The notes under the pieces are model-generated. The model made no database searches, was not told the DNA's origin, and saw nothing but the letters and a program-made list of their open reading frames with translations. Both the position numbers and the translations under genes were made by a program. This document shows positions 48,635 through 60,654 of a stretch of DNA of 64,000 nucleotides, in pieces (position 1 is the first letter of the stretch; the number at the start of each line of letters is the position of its first letter). The stretch comes from Squalus acanthias (lineage: Eukaryota): contig CM059425.1 in assembly GCA_030390025.1 (NCBI GenBank), positions 171,990,001 through 172,054,000 on the forward strand, given 5' to 3'.

Positions 48635-50570
48635 AGCCGAAGGGTGGGAGTGGAGAGGAGAATTAACGTGACAGGCAACCAGAAGCGCAAGGTTATGCTT
48701 GTGGACTGAACGGAGGTGTTCCGCAAAGCGGTGAACCAATCTGCGTTTGGTCTCCCCAATGTAGAGGAGACCACATCGTGAGCAGCAAACACAGTATACT
48801 AAACTGAAAGAAGTACAAGTAAATCACTGTTTCTCCTGGAAGGAGTGTTGGGGGCCCTGGACGGTGGAAAGGGAGGAAGTAAAAGGGTAGGTATTGCATC
48901 TCCTGCGCTTGCACGGGAAGGTGCCGTGGGAAGGGGAGGGGATGTTGGGGGTGATCGAGGAATGGACTAGGGTGTTGCGGAGGGAACGGTCACTTTTGAG
49001 AATGTAACTGGTAAAATAGATAAGGGAGAACCAGTGGATGTGATGTATTTGGACTTTCAAAAGGCTTTTGATAAGGTCCCGCATAAGAGATTAGCGTGTA
49101 AAGTTAAGGCACCTGGGATTGGGGGCAAGGTATTGACTTGGATAGAGAACTGATTGGCAGACAGAAAGCAAAGAGTTGGAATAAATGGGTCTTTTTCCGA
49201 GTGGCAGGCAGTGACTAGTGGAGTACCGCAGGGATCGGTCCTTGGACCCCAGCGATTCACAATATATATTAATGATCTAGACAAGGGAACTAGATGTAAT
49301 ATCTCCAAGTGTGCAGATGACACAAAGCTGGGTGGGCGTGTGTGCTGTGAGGAGGATGCCGAGAAACTCCAGGATGATTTGGACAGGTTGGGTGATTGGG
49401 CAGATGCATGGCAGATGCAATATAACGTGGATAAATGCGAGGTTATCCACTTTGGTGTCAAAAACAGGAAGGCAGATTATTATCTGAATGGCAATAGATT
49501 GGGAGAAGGGGAAGTGCAACGAGACCTGGGTGTCCTTGTGCACCAGTCGCTGAAGGTAAGCATGCAGGTGCAGCAGGCGGTGAAGAAGGCAAATGGTATG
49601 TTGGCCTTCGTAGCGAGAGGGTTTGAGTACAGGAACAAGGATGTCTTGCTGCAGTTGTACAGGGCCTTGGTGAGACCACATCTTGAGTATTGTGTGCAGT
49701 TTTGGTCGCCTTATCTGAGGAAGGAGGTTCTTGCCATAGAAGGAGTTCAGCGAAGATTCACCAGGCTGATACCTGGGATGGCAGGAATGACGTATGAGGA
49801 GAGATTGGGTTGATTGGGCTTATACTCGCTGGAGTTTAGAAGAATGAGAGGGGATCTCATTGAAACTTATAAAATTCTGACAGGACTAGACAGACTAGAT
49901 GCAGGAAGGATGTTCCCGATGGCCGGGGAGTCCAGAACCAGGGGTCACAGTCTAAGGATAAGGGGTAAGCCATTTAGGACAGAAATGAGGAGGAATTTCT
50001 TCACCCAGAGAGTGGTGAACCTGTGGAATTCTCTACCACAGAAGGCAGTAGAGGCCAATTCATTAAATATATTCAAGAAGGAGTTGGATATATTTTTTCA
50101 GGCTAAAGGGATCAAGGGATATGGGGAGAAAGCAGGGACAGGGTACTGAATTTGGATGATCAGCCATGATCTCATTGAATGGCGGAGCAGGCTCGAGGGG
50201 CCGAATGGCCTACTCCTGCTCCTATCTTCTATGTTTCTATGTTTCAGAATGCTGAAAGGGGCGGGAAGGCAAGACGTGTTTGGTGGTGGGATCACGCTGG
50301 AGGTGGCAGAAATGGCAGAGGATGATCCATTGAATGTGGAGGCTGGTGGGATGGAAGGTGAGGACAAGGGGAACCTGATCGTGGTTCTGGGAGGGAGGGG
50401 AAGGAGTGAGGGCAGAAGTGCAGGAAATGGAACAGACACGGTCGAGGGCCCTGTCGACCACAGTGGAGGGGAATCCTCGGCTGAGGAAAAAGGAAGACAT
50501 ATCGGAAGCACCGGTGTGGAATGTGGCATCGTCAGAACAGATGCAACGGAGATGTAGAAACTTGGAGAAT
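48635..50570 (-). mobile_element. PLE linker/GIY-YIG region (48635-48992 and 50246-50570) split by a CR1
   Basis: Minus-strand peptides MSSFFLSRGFPSTVVDRAL..VPLVLTFHP and DRSLRNTLVHS..GTFPCKRRRCNT, plus a YIGET-encoding segment. Confidence 0.85.
48995..50245 (+). mobile_element. 5'-truncated CR1 LINE
   Basis: RT ORFs 49154-49813 and 49814-50149; 3' tail TTCTATGTTTCTATGTTTC. Confidence 0.93.
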
Positions 50571-50950
50571 GGAATAGAGAAGCTCTTACAATCTGTTTTT
50601 ATATTTCTTGCTAGTTTATTCTCATTCTATTTTCTCTCTTTATCAATTTCTTGGTCATCCTTTGCTGATTTTTAAAACCCTCCCAATCCTCAGGCTTACT
50701 ACTCTTTGGCAACATTTTGAGCCTCTTCTTTTAATCTAATACTATCCTTAACTTCTTTAGTTAGCTATGGCTGTACCACTTTTCCAGTGGAGATTTTATT
50801 CCTCAAGGGAAGGTATATTCATTGAGAATTATTTCTTTAAATGTTTGCCATTGCTTATCTACCGTCATATCTTTTAATCTAATTTCCCAATCTACCTCAG
50901 CCAACTCGCCCCTCATACCTATGTAATTGGCTTTGTTTAAATTTAAGCCC
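50570..50950 (-). mobile_element. CR1 ORF2 linker fragment
   Basis: Reverse strand is homologous to 11080-11440. Confidence 0.75.
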
Positions 50951-50974
50951 CTACTTTCCAGAGATTATTACCTT

Positions 50975-51540
50975 TGAGAAGCACCTCATATTTCGATTAA
51001 GCACTTTACATTCTTCCAGACTCAACACTGAGTTCAACAATTTCAGATCATAACCACTGCACCCAATTTTTTTGGACAGCAGGTTCTGGTAATTAAATAG
51101 AATTACATAGAATGTACTGTACAGAAACAGGCCATTCAGCCCAACTTGTCTGTACTGTTGTTTATACTCCACACGAGTCTCTTCCCATTCCATCTACTCT
51201 GCTGTTGCCATTTACACCTCCTCTAGACCCATCTTTTGTTTCTTTACATGTCCCATTACCACCCACTTTTGCTCGCACCATCCTTTTTGTCATTTAATCA
51301 CTCCTGCCTTCCACCCTATCAAAGACCTTCCCTTTTGTTCTTTCCTCCCCCTTTCTCTGCCTCTGTACTTGCTTAAAACCTGTGGCATCTCGAACTTTTG
51401 CCAATTCTGACAAAAGGTTAACAACCTGAAACATTAACTCTGTTTCTCTCTCTACAGATGCTACCTGACCTGCTGAGTATTTCCAGCATTTTCTGTTTTT
51501 TATTTCAGATTTCCAGCATTCGCTGTATTTTGCTTTTGTT
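50975..51540 (+). mobile_element. PLE 3' end with decayed hammerhead (about 51403-51439)
   Basis: KHLIFRLSTLHSSRLNTEFNNFRS* matches the end of the GIY-YIG; the core reads CTGACAA..GAAACATT (mutated). Confidence 0.8.
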
Positions 51541-51654
51541 TCAGTTTGCCGTACTTCGCCTATCTAAAATGTTATAAAAACAATATATAATATAGGATTT
51601 TTATAAAAAACATAAAGAAGCTCTGTTTCCATCACACACACCATTAAAGATAAT

Positions 51655-52706
51655 GGCCCGGAATTTGCGGTTGGCGTGACCGCGTACTCTGAGAGTACGC
51701 CATCATACCACCTTTGAAGTTGACTGCAAGTTCGGGATTTCCGCATGCGCTTGGGCATGCACTAAATCCCGAACTTCCGATCTGTCAAGTTCCGAATAGA
51801 AAGATGATCCGCTGTGACTTTCAAATCCTCATTGCTGGTGAAAAGTTGGGTTAATTCCCCACCAACTGCGCATCAATTACGCTGGAGAATTTTACGGCTG
51901 GTGCAAACAGGCACAGGAGCCTATTTGCACAGCGTAAGGGGAGCGGGGGTGAGAAAATTGTAACTTCAGGCCCACAATAATGAAAAACAAATACGTAAAA
52001 GAACCTACCAGGCAGCTGTGTAGGGTTGGTTTGAGGGATGAGATTTTTTAAATCTTGCAGAGTCAATCTTCTCATTTCAAAATTGAATATCAACCAAAGA
52101 AACTGTATTCCCAGTTTTAAAAACTCTATTGATCTACTTTCATTGACAAAAGGGTTTGGTCGTCACAATTCTGAGGTGACAGGGTTTTGTGTTCTAAGAG
52201 TGAAGTCCAGCCAGTATTTATAGTGAGGCTGTCAGGTTGCTATGCTCAACTCCGCTGTAGGCTGAATCCAACTGACCTGTATCTTCATTTAAAGCATATC
52301 AATCAAATGGGGCTTTCTATGTTTCCTGATTGGCTAGTGAAAGGAGCATCGCCCCACGTGATCCCAGCTACACTTACGCACAACAGTGCGCCCTGGGATC
52401 TGTGGGCCACTATGCTTTTTTAAAAATTCGTTCCTGGGATGTGGGCGTCGTAGGCAAGGCCAGCATTTATTGCCCATCCCTAATTGCCCTTGAGAAGGTG
52501 GTGGTGAGCTGCCTTCTTGAACCGTTGCAGTCCGTGTGGTGAAGGTTCTCCCACAGTGCTGTTAGGGAGGGAGTTCCTAACTCACACAACTCTGCAGAAT
52601 TTCAAAGCAAGTTTTCGCTTGGGACTTCGCACCAGGTAAGTGCAGATTTTGTTCGGAAGTCGGCAGCATACTCCTTCGCTCCGCCACTGACCGCAATTTC
52701 AGGGCC
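51655..52706. mobile_element. Non-autonomous DNA transposon (MITE), possibly PIF/Harbinger-ISL2EU group
   Basis: TIRs GGCCCGGAATTTGCGGT / ACCGCAATTTCAGGGCC (2 mismatches), with AT on both flanks; contains a family-B LINE tail at about 52420-52577. Confidence 0.6.
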
Positions 52707-52984
52707 ATTAACCTTTGTAGTTTGCATCTTAGCATGTAGTACTCTTTGATCTGTTTTCTCCTCCTATTTTTGTTTTTGTTGGTCCTATGAAGGATCTCAC
52801 TTGCCTTCCTTTTTCACTTCGGACAAAGGATCTAACCCCAAAATATTAATGTCACTTTCCTTTTCAAATGTTGACAGTTTTGTTGCATATTTCTTGTGTT
52901 TTGCAGATTACCACAATAGAATGCGTTTAGTATGAATGTGCTCTCAATTTATCCAGCATTTCTGTATGTATCTATAAATAGGAT

Positions 52985-53375
52985 CAAATAACAGCTTATT
53001 TTCACTGGAGAAAGAAAGACTTTGGGGAGACATGATACAGGTCTTCAAATAATGAAGGTTAGAGATTAGAAAAATCTTTTCTCCCTCAGGCGATTGGATG
53101 TGTGAAACAAACTCCTGAGAAGGTAGTTAATTTAGGGTAAATTGGCACCTTTTAAAAAGGAGCTGAATTGGTATCTGTTGTGAAGGGGGCTTGAGGATTG
53201 CAAAGATACTTAACTACCCGGCTTAATTGTTTTTCCAGGGGAGGTTGGTGAAGTAAATTGGTATTACCTACTGGAGAGGATCAACAGATGATGTGGGAAC
53301 TAAATCAGTGTTACAATTGCCATACATGGAATCTGGATGGAGCTGGCTTGATGGGCTGAATTTTTGTATGTTCCT
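52985..53375 (+). mobile_element. Ancient CR1 3' relic
   Basis: LFSLEKERLWGDMIQVFK-like peptide followed by a decayed CR1-type 3' UTR. Confidence 0.55.
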
Positions 53376-53901
53376 TTGTATATGTATGTGTGTATGCAGG
53401 AGGTAGGGGGCAATTACTTTTGCAAACTTTGCTGTAACTTCATGGTCTAAACTAAGGCACCTATAATTGCCCTAAGAAACCCCTTAGCTGGCTCACAATT
53501 TAGCACATAAGAAGTGAACTCCAATGACATTGCTCATGGATGTTTTTTAAAGTCTATTTACTATATCAAATCTACTCCACTATTTATTCCCCAGAATTTC
53601 ATTTTATAACAAACTATCCTATCTCCCATGGCATGCCTAACGGTGAGTTGGGGGACGTGCTGATTTATAACAATAGGAGTACAGTATTGTGCCTTGTAAC
53701 AATAATGTATTATAAAGGCCACTGATTTATACTGACTAAATATGTCAATTTTCATTTTTATTGCATAGTATTTTAGTACTTTTACTGGATTGAATTCTAT
53801 GATTCTGTCCATTATTCTGCAAAACCATAAATGAGTGGCCTATATATTTTTATTTATTTCCTTTCATTATGTAGTTCATTTTTATTCCTTACCTTTTTAA
53901 G

Positions 53902-54123
53902 GTACGGACACACAACAAGATTGTATGTAAAGCTGTATCAGGTGGAGGTAGCTATCAGTATTTAGCAATACTGGAGAAGTAACCATGTTTGGTTGCACTG
54001 GGGGTGGTCCTGGGCTTTGGTAGCTCTCCCGGCAATCCTGGGCTTTGGAAGCCCTGGGAGGATATCCAAGCTTTGGCAGAACTGGGGGAGGTGGAGCATT
54101 CTGGAGTTTCCCAGCAGTGAGAG
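53902..54123 (+). other. Candidate 222-nt exon; phase-2 frame YGHTTRLYVKLYQVEVAISI* stops at 53965
   Basis: Long pyrimidine tract ending ACCTTTTTAAG, strong donor GAG|GTAAGG, G-rich non-repeat sequence. Confidence 0.4.
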
Positions 54124-55406
54124 GTAAGGAAACGGCATGGGCCTGACAGTTACTGGGTTGGGGTGGACATTCAATTTAGTGTTTTGTGATTGGTTCCTGG
54201 ATGTATAACTCTGTCTGTCAAACTCTGTGTCTGTCAATCTCTGTCTGTCTCGGTTTCTCTGTATCGCACTGGTGTCCATAATTAGAATGTTCACATTTTC
54301 TAACTGTCAGTAAAACACACAAGAGGTTTTCTGTTTGCTTTCAAAATCCAACTCATTTGTTTTTTGAAATTGAAATTAGGATGAGGAAAGACACGTACCC
54401 TCAATCAGCTTAATATGTCTTCTAAAGTTTATAAAGTATTAATAATTTTCACAGCAAAAATAACAGCAACAGGTGTATAATCAGCAGAGACTGTTATTTC
54501 TACCACACACTCACACAAACCCATATTCAAGATAAACTGTACCTGAAGAAAATGCTTTTGAAATGTCATCTAGTTTTTCTTCAAATAATTTAGGGAAAGA
54601 ACCAGTAGACATTATTAAACATTGAGAGAGAAGCATTGTATCTTTGGTCCCCACAAGCAGTCTCCTGCCGCTCAACATGCCACTCTCACCCACCAGGCAT
54701 CTGCTGCTTCCCACCGGTTTCGGGTGAGTTACTGACTGGGGGAATGCAGATGAGGCCCTGAAGTTAAATTGCTTGGGTTCCATGTTGCCGAGGTCAGGAC
54801 ATTTTACCGCCTGCCTTGGCCCCAGCCCACCCAATAAAAGTAAGCAGTTCTGCAAAGCACAGAGCGGCATTAAACGGCGTGCACTTAAGCAGAGTGTTTT
54901 ACTTGGAAATTTGGAAAGAGGGGGAATTTCTGTTAAGTATTGGGCAAGTAGAAGCTGTAAAAAGTGAAATTCACTTTAACATTTTGATTTAAACCTAGAA
55001 CTTTAAAAACTGGAGTTAGCAGAAGCTGCCTGCCAGTGGCAGTTAACTGTCAGTCAGCTGTAAGTGTTTGTCTTGAATAGGTGCTAATCACAGGGAGCAA
55101 GGGAGCTAAGTCAAAACTTGTCAATTGGGTGAGGTTCCTACAGTATAAAAGTAAACAGTTCTGCAGAGCACAGAGCGGCATTCAAGGGAGTGCACTTAAA
55201 CAGAATGTTTCATTTGGGAATTCGGAGAAGAGTTGCTGCTTTTTGCCTACACTACTTGTAGTGCTTTGTGTTACAGGTAGATATTTAATTTCATTACCCA
55301 TAAGTTAATCTAGATCAAGTAAGTGGTCAAGAAACTAAACTGTAAATTAAGTTACTTAAATACAAATTTAATTACATTTAATTAACTAGAACAAGGTCAT
55401 ATAGGG

Positions 55407-56156
55407 ATGGCAGTGCAGGTGGTGTGCCGCAACTGCAGCATGTGGGAGTTTGTGGAGAGCATTGCGATCCCGGACAAATGCATTTGCAGTAACTGCCTGC
55501 ATCTTGAGGAACTTCAGAGCAGAGTTTTTGAGCTGGAGTCTGAGGTGCAGACATTGCGGGGCATCAGGGAGGGGGAGAGTTACCTGGACACTTTGATCCA
55601 GGAGGCAGTCACACCCCTTAGGTTAGGTAGTGATACAGGTCTGGTTAGTGGTCAGGGACAGGAGGGTATGGCTGCAACTCAGGCAGGTGAGGGGACCCCA
55701 GGTGCAGTGCTGGAGGAGCCTTGGCATTTGTCCTTATCCAACAAGTATGAGGTTCTTGCTGCCTATGTGGATGAGGGAAAAGCCTGCAGGATGGATGAGC
55801 AATCTAACCATGGCACCATGGTGCAGGAGGCCATTCAAGTGGGAGGAGCGAAAGGGAATGTAGTTGTGGTAGGGGACAGTATAGTCAGAGGGCTAGATAA
55901 TGTAATCTGCAGCTGCGATCGAGCATTCCGAAGCTTGTGTTGCCTGCCCGTTGCCAGGGTTAAAGACATCTCCTCGCGACTGGAGAAGAACTTGGAGTGG
56001 GAGGGGGAGGATCTAGTTGTCGTGGTCCACGTAGGAACCAACGACATAGGTAGAACTAGGAATGAGATTCTGCTGAGAGAGTTTGAGGAGTTGGGGTCCA
56101 TATTGAAATGCAGAACCTCAAAGGTAACAATCTCTGGATTGTTACCTGAGCCATGA
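55407..56156 (+). pseudogene. CR1 ORF1 (zinc finger, coiled coil, SGNH esterase) with premature stop
   Basis: CRNC..CSNC, LQSRVFELESEV, VVGDSIVR, HVGTND. Confidence 0.9.
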
Positions 56157-56946
56157 GCCAATTGGCATAGGAATAAGCAGATTAGAAGGTTAAATGCGTG
56201 GCTCAAAGAGTTGTGTGGGAGGCAGGGGTATTGCTTCATGGGGCACTGGCACCAGTACTGGGAAAGAGGGAGTTGTTCTGTTAGGACGGGCTCCACTTAA
56301 ACCGGGCTGGAACCAGTGTCCTGGCGAATCAAATAACTGGGGCAGTAGACAGGGCTTTAAACTAATGGGAGGATTCAGGAAAGAGTAAATTTAAAAGCAG
56401 CAAGAGAAATGTCAAGGCTCTAGAGCAGAGCAGAGTTTTGGGTAAAAATAAGCAGAGTGGGTCAGGAAGGGACAGAGGGAGTAACAAAGGTAATAAGGCA
56501 TCAGTGACGAAGGTGACATCAGGAAAAAATAAAAAAAAGTCAAAGCTAAAGGCACTATATCTGAATGCGCGAAGCATTCGCAACAAAATAGATGAATTAA
56601 TAGCGCAGATAGAAATTAATAGGTTTGATCTAATAGCCATTATGGAGACGTGATTGCAAAGTGACCAAGATTGGGAACTAAATATTACAGGATACTTAAC
56701 TTTTAGAAGAGATAGGCAAAATGGAAGAGGAGGGATAGCCCTGATAATGAAGGATGGGAAAAAGACAGGAGAGAGAAAGGATCTCAGCTCTGAAAATCAA
56801 GAAGTAGAATCAGTTTGGTGGAGCTAACAAAACATTGGTGGGAGTTGTTTATAGTAGTTGTAATGTAGGGCAGAGTATAAAACAGGAAATTAGAGGCACA
56901 TGTAACCAGGGTAATAGAGCAATCATGGGGGACTTGAGAAAGGGTT

Positions 56947-58297
56947 ACATAAGAACATAAGAAATAGGAGCAGGAGTAGACCAATCGGCCCCTCGAGCCT
57001 GCTCCGCCATTCAATGAGATCATGGCTGATCTGATCCAACCTCAACTCTGAAGAACACAAGAAGTAGGAGCAGGACCAGGCCACTCGGCCCCTGGGCCCG
57101 CTCCGCCACCCACAGGGCCTTGACCGATCCGAACTCAAACTCATGTCCAATTTCCAGCCCGCTCCCCGGAACCCCTGATTCCCTTTACTTCTAGGAAACG
57201 GTCTATTTCTGTTTTAAATTTATTTAATGAAGTAGCTTCCACAGCTTCCTGGGGTAGCAAATTCCACAGACCCACTACCCTCTGAGTGAAAAAGTTTCTC
57301 CTCATCTCAGTTTTGAAAGAGCAGCCCCTTATTCTAAGATTATGTCCCCTAGTTCTAGTTTCACCCATCATTGGGAACATCCTCACCGCGTCCACCCGAT
57401 CAAGCCCCTTCACAATCTTATATGTTTCAATAAGATCGCCTCTCATTCTTCTGAACTCCAATGAGTAGAGTCCCAATCTACTCAACCTCTCCTCGTATGT
57501 CCACCCCCTCATCCCCAGAATTAACCGAGTGAACCTTCTTTGTACTGCCTCGAGAGCAAGTATGTCTTTTCTTAAGTATGGACACCAAAACTGTATGCAG
57601 TACTCCAGGTGCGGTCTCACCAATACCCTATACAACTGCAGCAATACCTCCCTGTTTTTATATTCTATCCCCCTAGCAATAAAAGCCAACATTCCATTGG
57701 CTTTCTTGATCACCTGCTGCACCTGCATACTAACTTTTTGATTTTCTTGCACCAAGACCCCCAGATCCCTTTGTACTGCAGTACTTTCCAGTTTCTCGCC
57801 ATTAAGATAATAACTTGCTCTCTGATTTTTCCTGCCAAAGTGCATAACCTCACATTTTCCAATATTGTATTGCATCTGCCAAATCTCCGCCCACTCACCC
57901 AGCCTGTCTATATCCCCTTGTAAGGTTTTTATGTCCTCCTCACTCTCTACTTTCCCTCCCATCTTTGTATCATCTGCAAACTTTGATATGTTACACTCGG
58001 TCCCCTCCTCCAAATCGTTAATATAGATTGTAAAGAGTTGGGGACCCAGCACCGACCCCTGCGGAACACCACTGGCTACTGGTTGCCAGTCCGAGAATGA
58101 ACCATTTATCCCAACTCTCTGCTTCCTGTTAGATAACCAATCCTCCACCCATGCCAGAATATTACCCCCAATCCAGTGATTTTTTATCTTGAGTAATAAT
58201 CTTTTATGTGGCACCTTGTCGAATGCCTTCTGGAAGTCTAAATACACTACATCCACTGGTTCCCCTTTATCCACCCTGTACGTTATGTCCTCAAAGA
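56947..58297 (-). mobile_element. Young 5'-truncated CR1 with doubled 3' terminal module
   Basis: Open RT ORF 57141-58274; two tandem 3'-end modules at about 57050-57140 and 56947-57050. Confidence 0.92.
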
Positions 58298-60654
58298 GCT
58301 AAATTAATAACCTGGCAGTAAAGGGGCCTTTAGGGAAGAGTGACCATAATATGATAGAATTTTATATTTATTTCAAAAGTGATTTACTTAAATCCGAAAC
58401 TAGGGTCTTAAATTTAAACAAAGCAAACTACATAGGTATGAGGGGCAAGTTGGCTAAGGTAGATTGGGAAACTACATTAAAAGGTATGACAGTAGACAAG
58501 CAATAGCTAGCATTTAAAGAATACATAATTTACAACAAATATACATTCCTTTAAGGCAAAAAACCCCACAGGAAAAGTGGTCCAACCGTGGCTAACAAGA
58601 GAAGTTAAAGATAGTATTAGATCAAAGGAAGAGGCTTATAATGTTGCCAAAAAGAGCAGTCAGCCTGAGGATTTGGAGGATTTTAGAATTCAGCAAAGGA
58701 GGACCAAGAACTTGATAAAGAAAGGGAAAATAGAATATGAGAGTAAACTAGTGAAAGACATAAAAACAGACTGTAAAAGCTTCTATAGGTATGTAAAAAG
58801 GAAAAGATTAGCGAAAGTAAATGTGGGTCCCTTACAGGCTGAGACAGGTGAAATTATAATGGGGAATAAGGAAATGGCAGAGAAATCAAACAAATACTTT
58901 GTGTCTGTCTTCACGGAAGAAGGCGCAAAAAGCCTCCCGGAAATAGTGGAGAACCAAGGGTCTAGCGCGAATGAGGAATTGAAAGAAATTATTAGTAAAA
59001 AAATAGTACTGGAAACATTAATGGGACTAAAAGCCGATAAATCCCCTGGATCTGATAGCCTACATCCCAGGGTTTTGAAAGAGCTGGCTATGGAGATAGT
59101 GGATGCATTGGTTGTCATCTTCCAAAATTCCATTGATTCTAGAACTGTTCCCGCGGATTGGAAGGTAGCAAATGTAACCCCAATATTTAAGAGAGGGAGA
59201 GAGAAAACGGGGAACTACAGACCAGTTGGCCTGACATCAGTAGTAGGGAAAATGCTAGAATCTATTATTAAGGATGTGGTAATAGAGCACTTATAAAATA
59301 ATAATAGGATTGGGCAGAGTCAACACGGATTTATGAAAGGGAAATCGTGTTTGGCAGATCTGTTAGAATTTTTTGAGGTTGTAACAAGCAGAATAAATAA
59401 GGGGGAACCGGTGGATGTGGTGTATTTGGATTTTCAGAAGGCATTCGATAAGGTGCCACACAAGAGGTTATTAAACAAAATTAGGGCTCATGGGATTGGG
59501 GGCAATATATTAGCATGGATTGAGGATTGGTTAACGGACAGAAAACAGAGAGTAGGAATAAACAAGTTATTTTCGAGTTGGCAGGCTGTAACGAGTAGGA
59601 TACCGCAAGGATCAGTGCTTGGGCCTCAACTATTCACAATCTATATCAATGATTTGGATGAGGGGACCAAATGTAATATATCCAGGTTTGCTGATGATAC
59701 AAAGCTAGGTGGGAATGTAAGTTGTGAGGAGGATGCCAAGAGGCTTCAAAGGGATACAGACAGGCAAAGTGAGTGGGCAAGAACATGGCAAATGGAATAT
59801 AATGTGGAGAAATGTGAAGTTACCCACTTTGGTTAAAAAAAAAAATAGAAAAGTTGAATATTTTTTAAATGGTGAGAGACTGGGAAATGTTAGTGTTCAG
59901 AGGAACCTGGGTGTCCTTGTACACATCACTAAAAGTTAACATGCAGGTACAGCAAGCAATTCGGAAAGTAAATGGTATGTTGGCCTTTATGACAAGAGGA
60001 TTTGAGTATAAGAGCAAAGACTTCTTACTGCAATTATATAGGGCCCTGGTGAGACCGCACCTGGAGTATTGTGTACAGTTTTGGTCTCCTCACCTGAGGA
60101 AGGATATACTTGCCATAGAGGGAGCGCAACGAAGGTTCACCAGACTGATTCCTGGGATGGGGGGATTGTCCGATGAGGAGAGATTGAGTAGACTAGGCCT
60201 ATATTCTCCAGAATTTAGAAGAATGAGAGGTGATCTCATTGAAACATACAAAGTTCCTACAGGGCTTGACAGGGTAGATGCAGGGAGGATGTTTCCCCTG
60301 GTTGGGGAGTCTAGGACCAGGGGTCACAGTCTCAGAATAAGGGGTTGGCCATTTAGGACTGAGATGAGGAGAAATTTCTTTACTCAAGAGGGTGGTGAAT
60401 CTTTGGAATTCTCTACTCCAGTGGGCTGTGGAGGGTCAGTCGTTGAGTATATTCAAGACAGAGATAGATTTTTGGATATTAAGGGAATCAAGGGATATGG
60501 GGAAAGTGGAGTTGAGGTAGAAGATCAGCCATGATCTAATTTAATGGCGGAGCAGGCTCGAGGGGCCAAATGGCCTACTCCTGCTCCTATTTCTTATGTT
60601 CTCATGTTCTAATTCTCACCCCAAGTTAAAAACAAGACTTAGACAGGATTAAAG

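Larger units (their letters stand above)
54830..60610 (+). mobile_element. Full-length degenerate CR1 LINE with duplicated 5' segment, interrupted by an antisense CR1
   Basis: 5' direct repeats (about 54833-54915 and 55143-55228), ORF1 55407-56156, APE 56540-56935, RT 58577-60534, 3' tail at about 60600. Confidence 0.9.

Noticed and set aside
47578..48792. Gly/Arg/Glu-rich and Pro/Ser/Leu-rich ORFs
   Set aside because: Translation artefacts of low-complexity repeats.
54511..54870. 119-aa minus-strand ORF
   Set aside because: No recognisable domain and overlaps the CR1 5' repeat; likely spurious.
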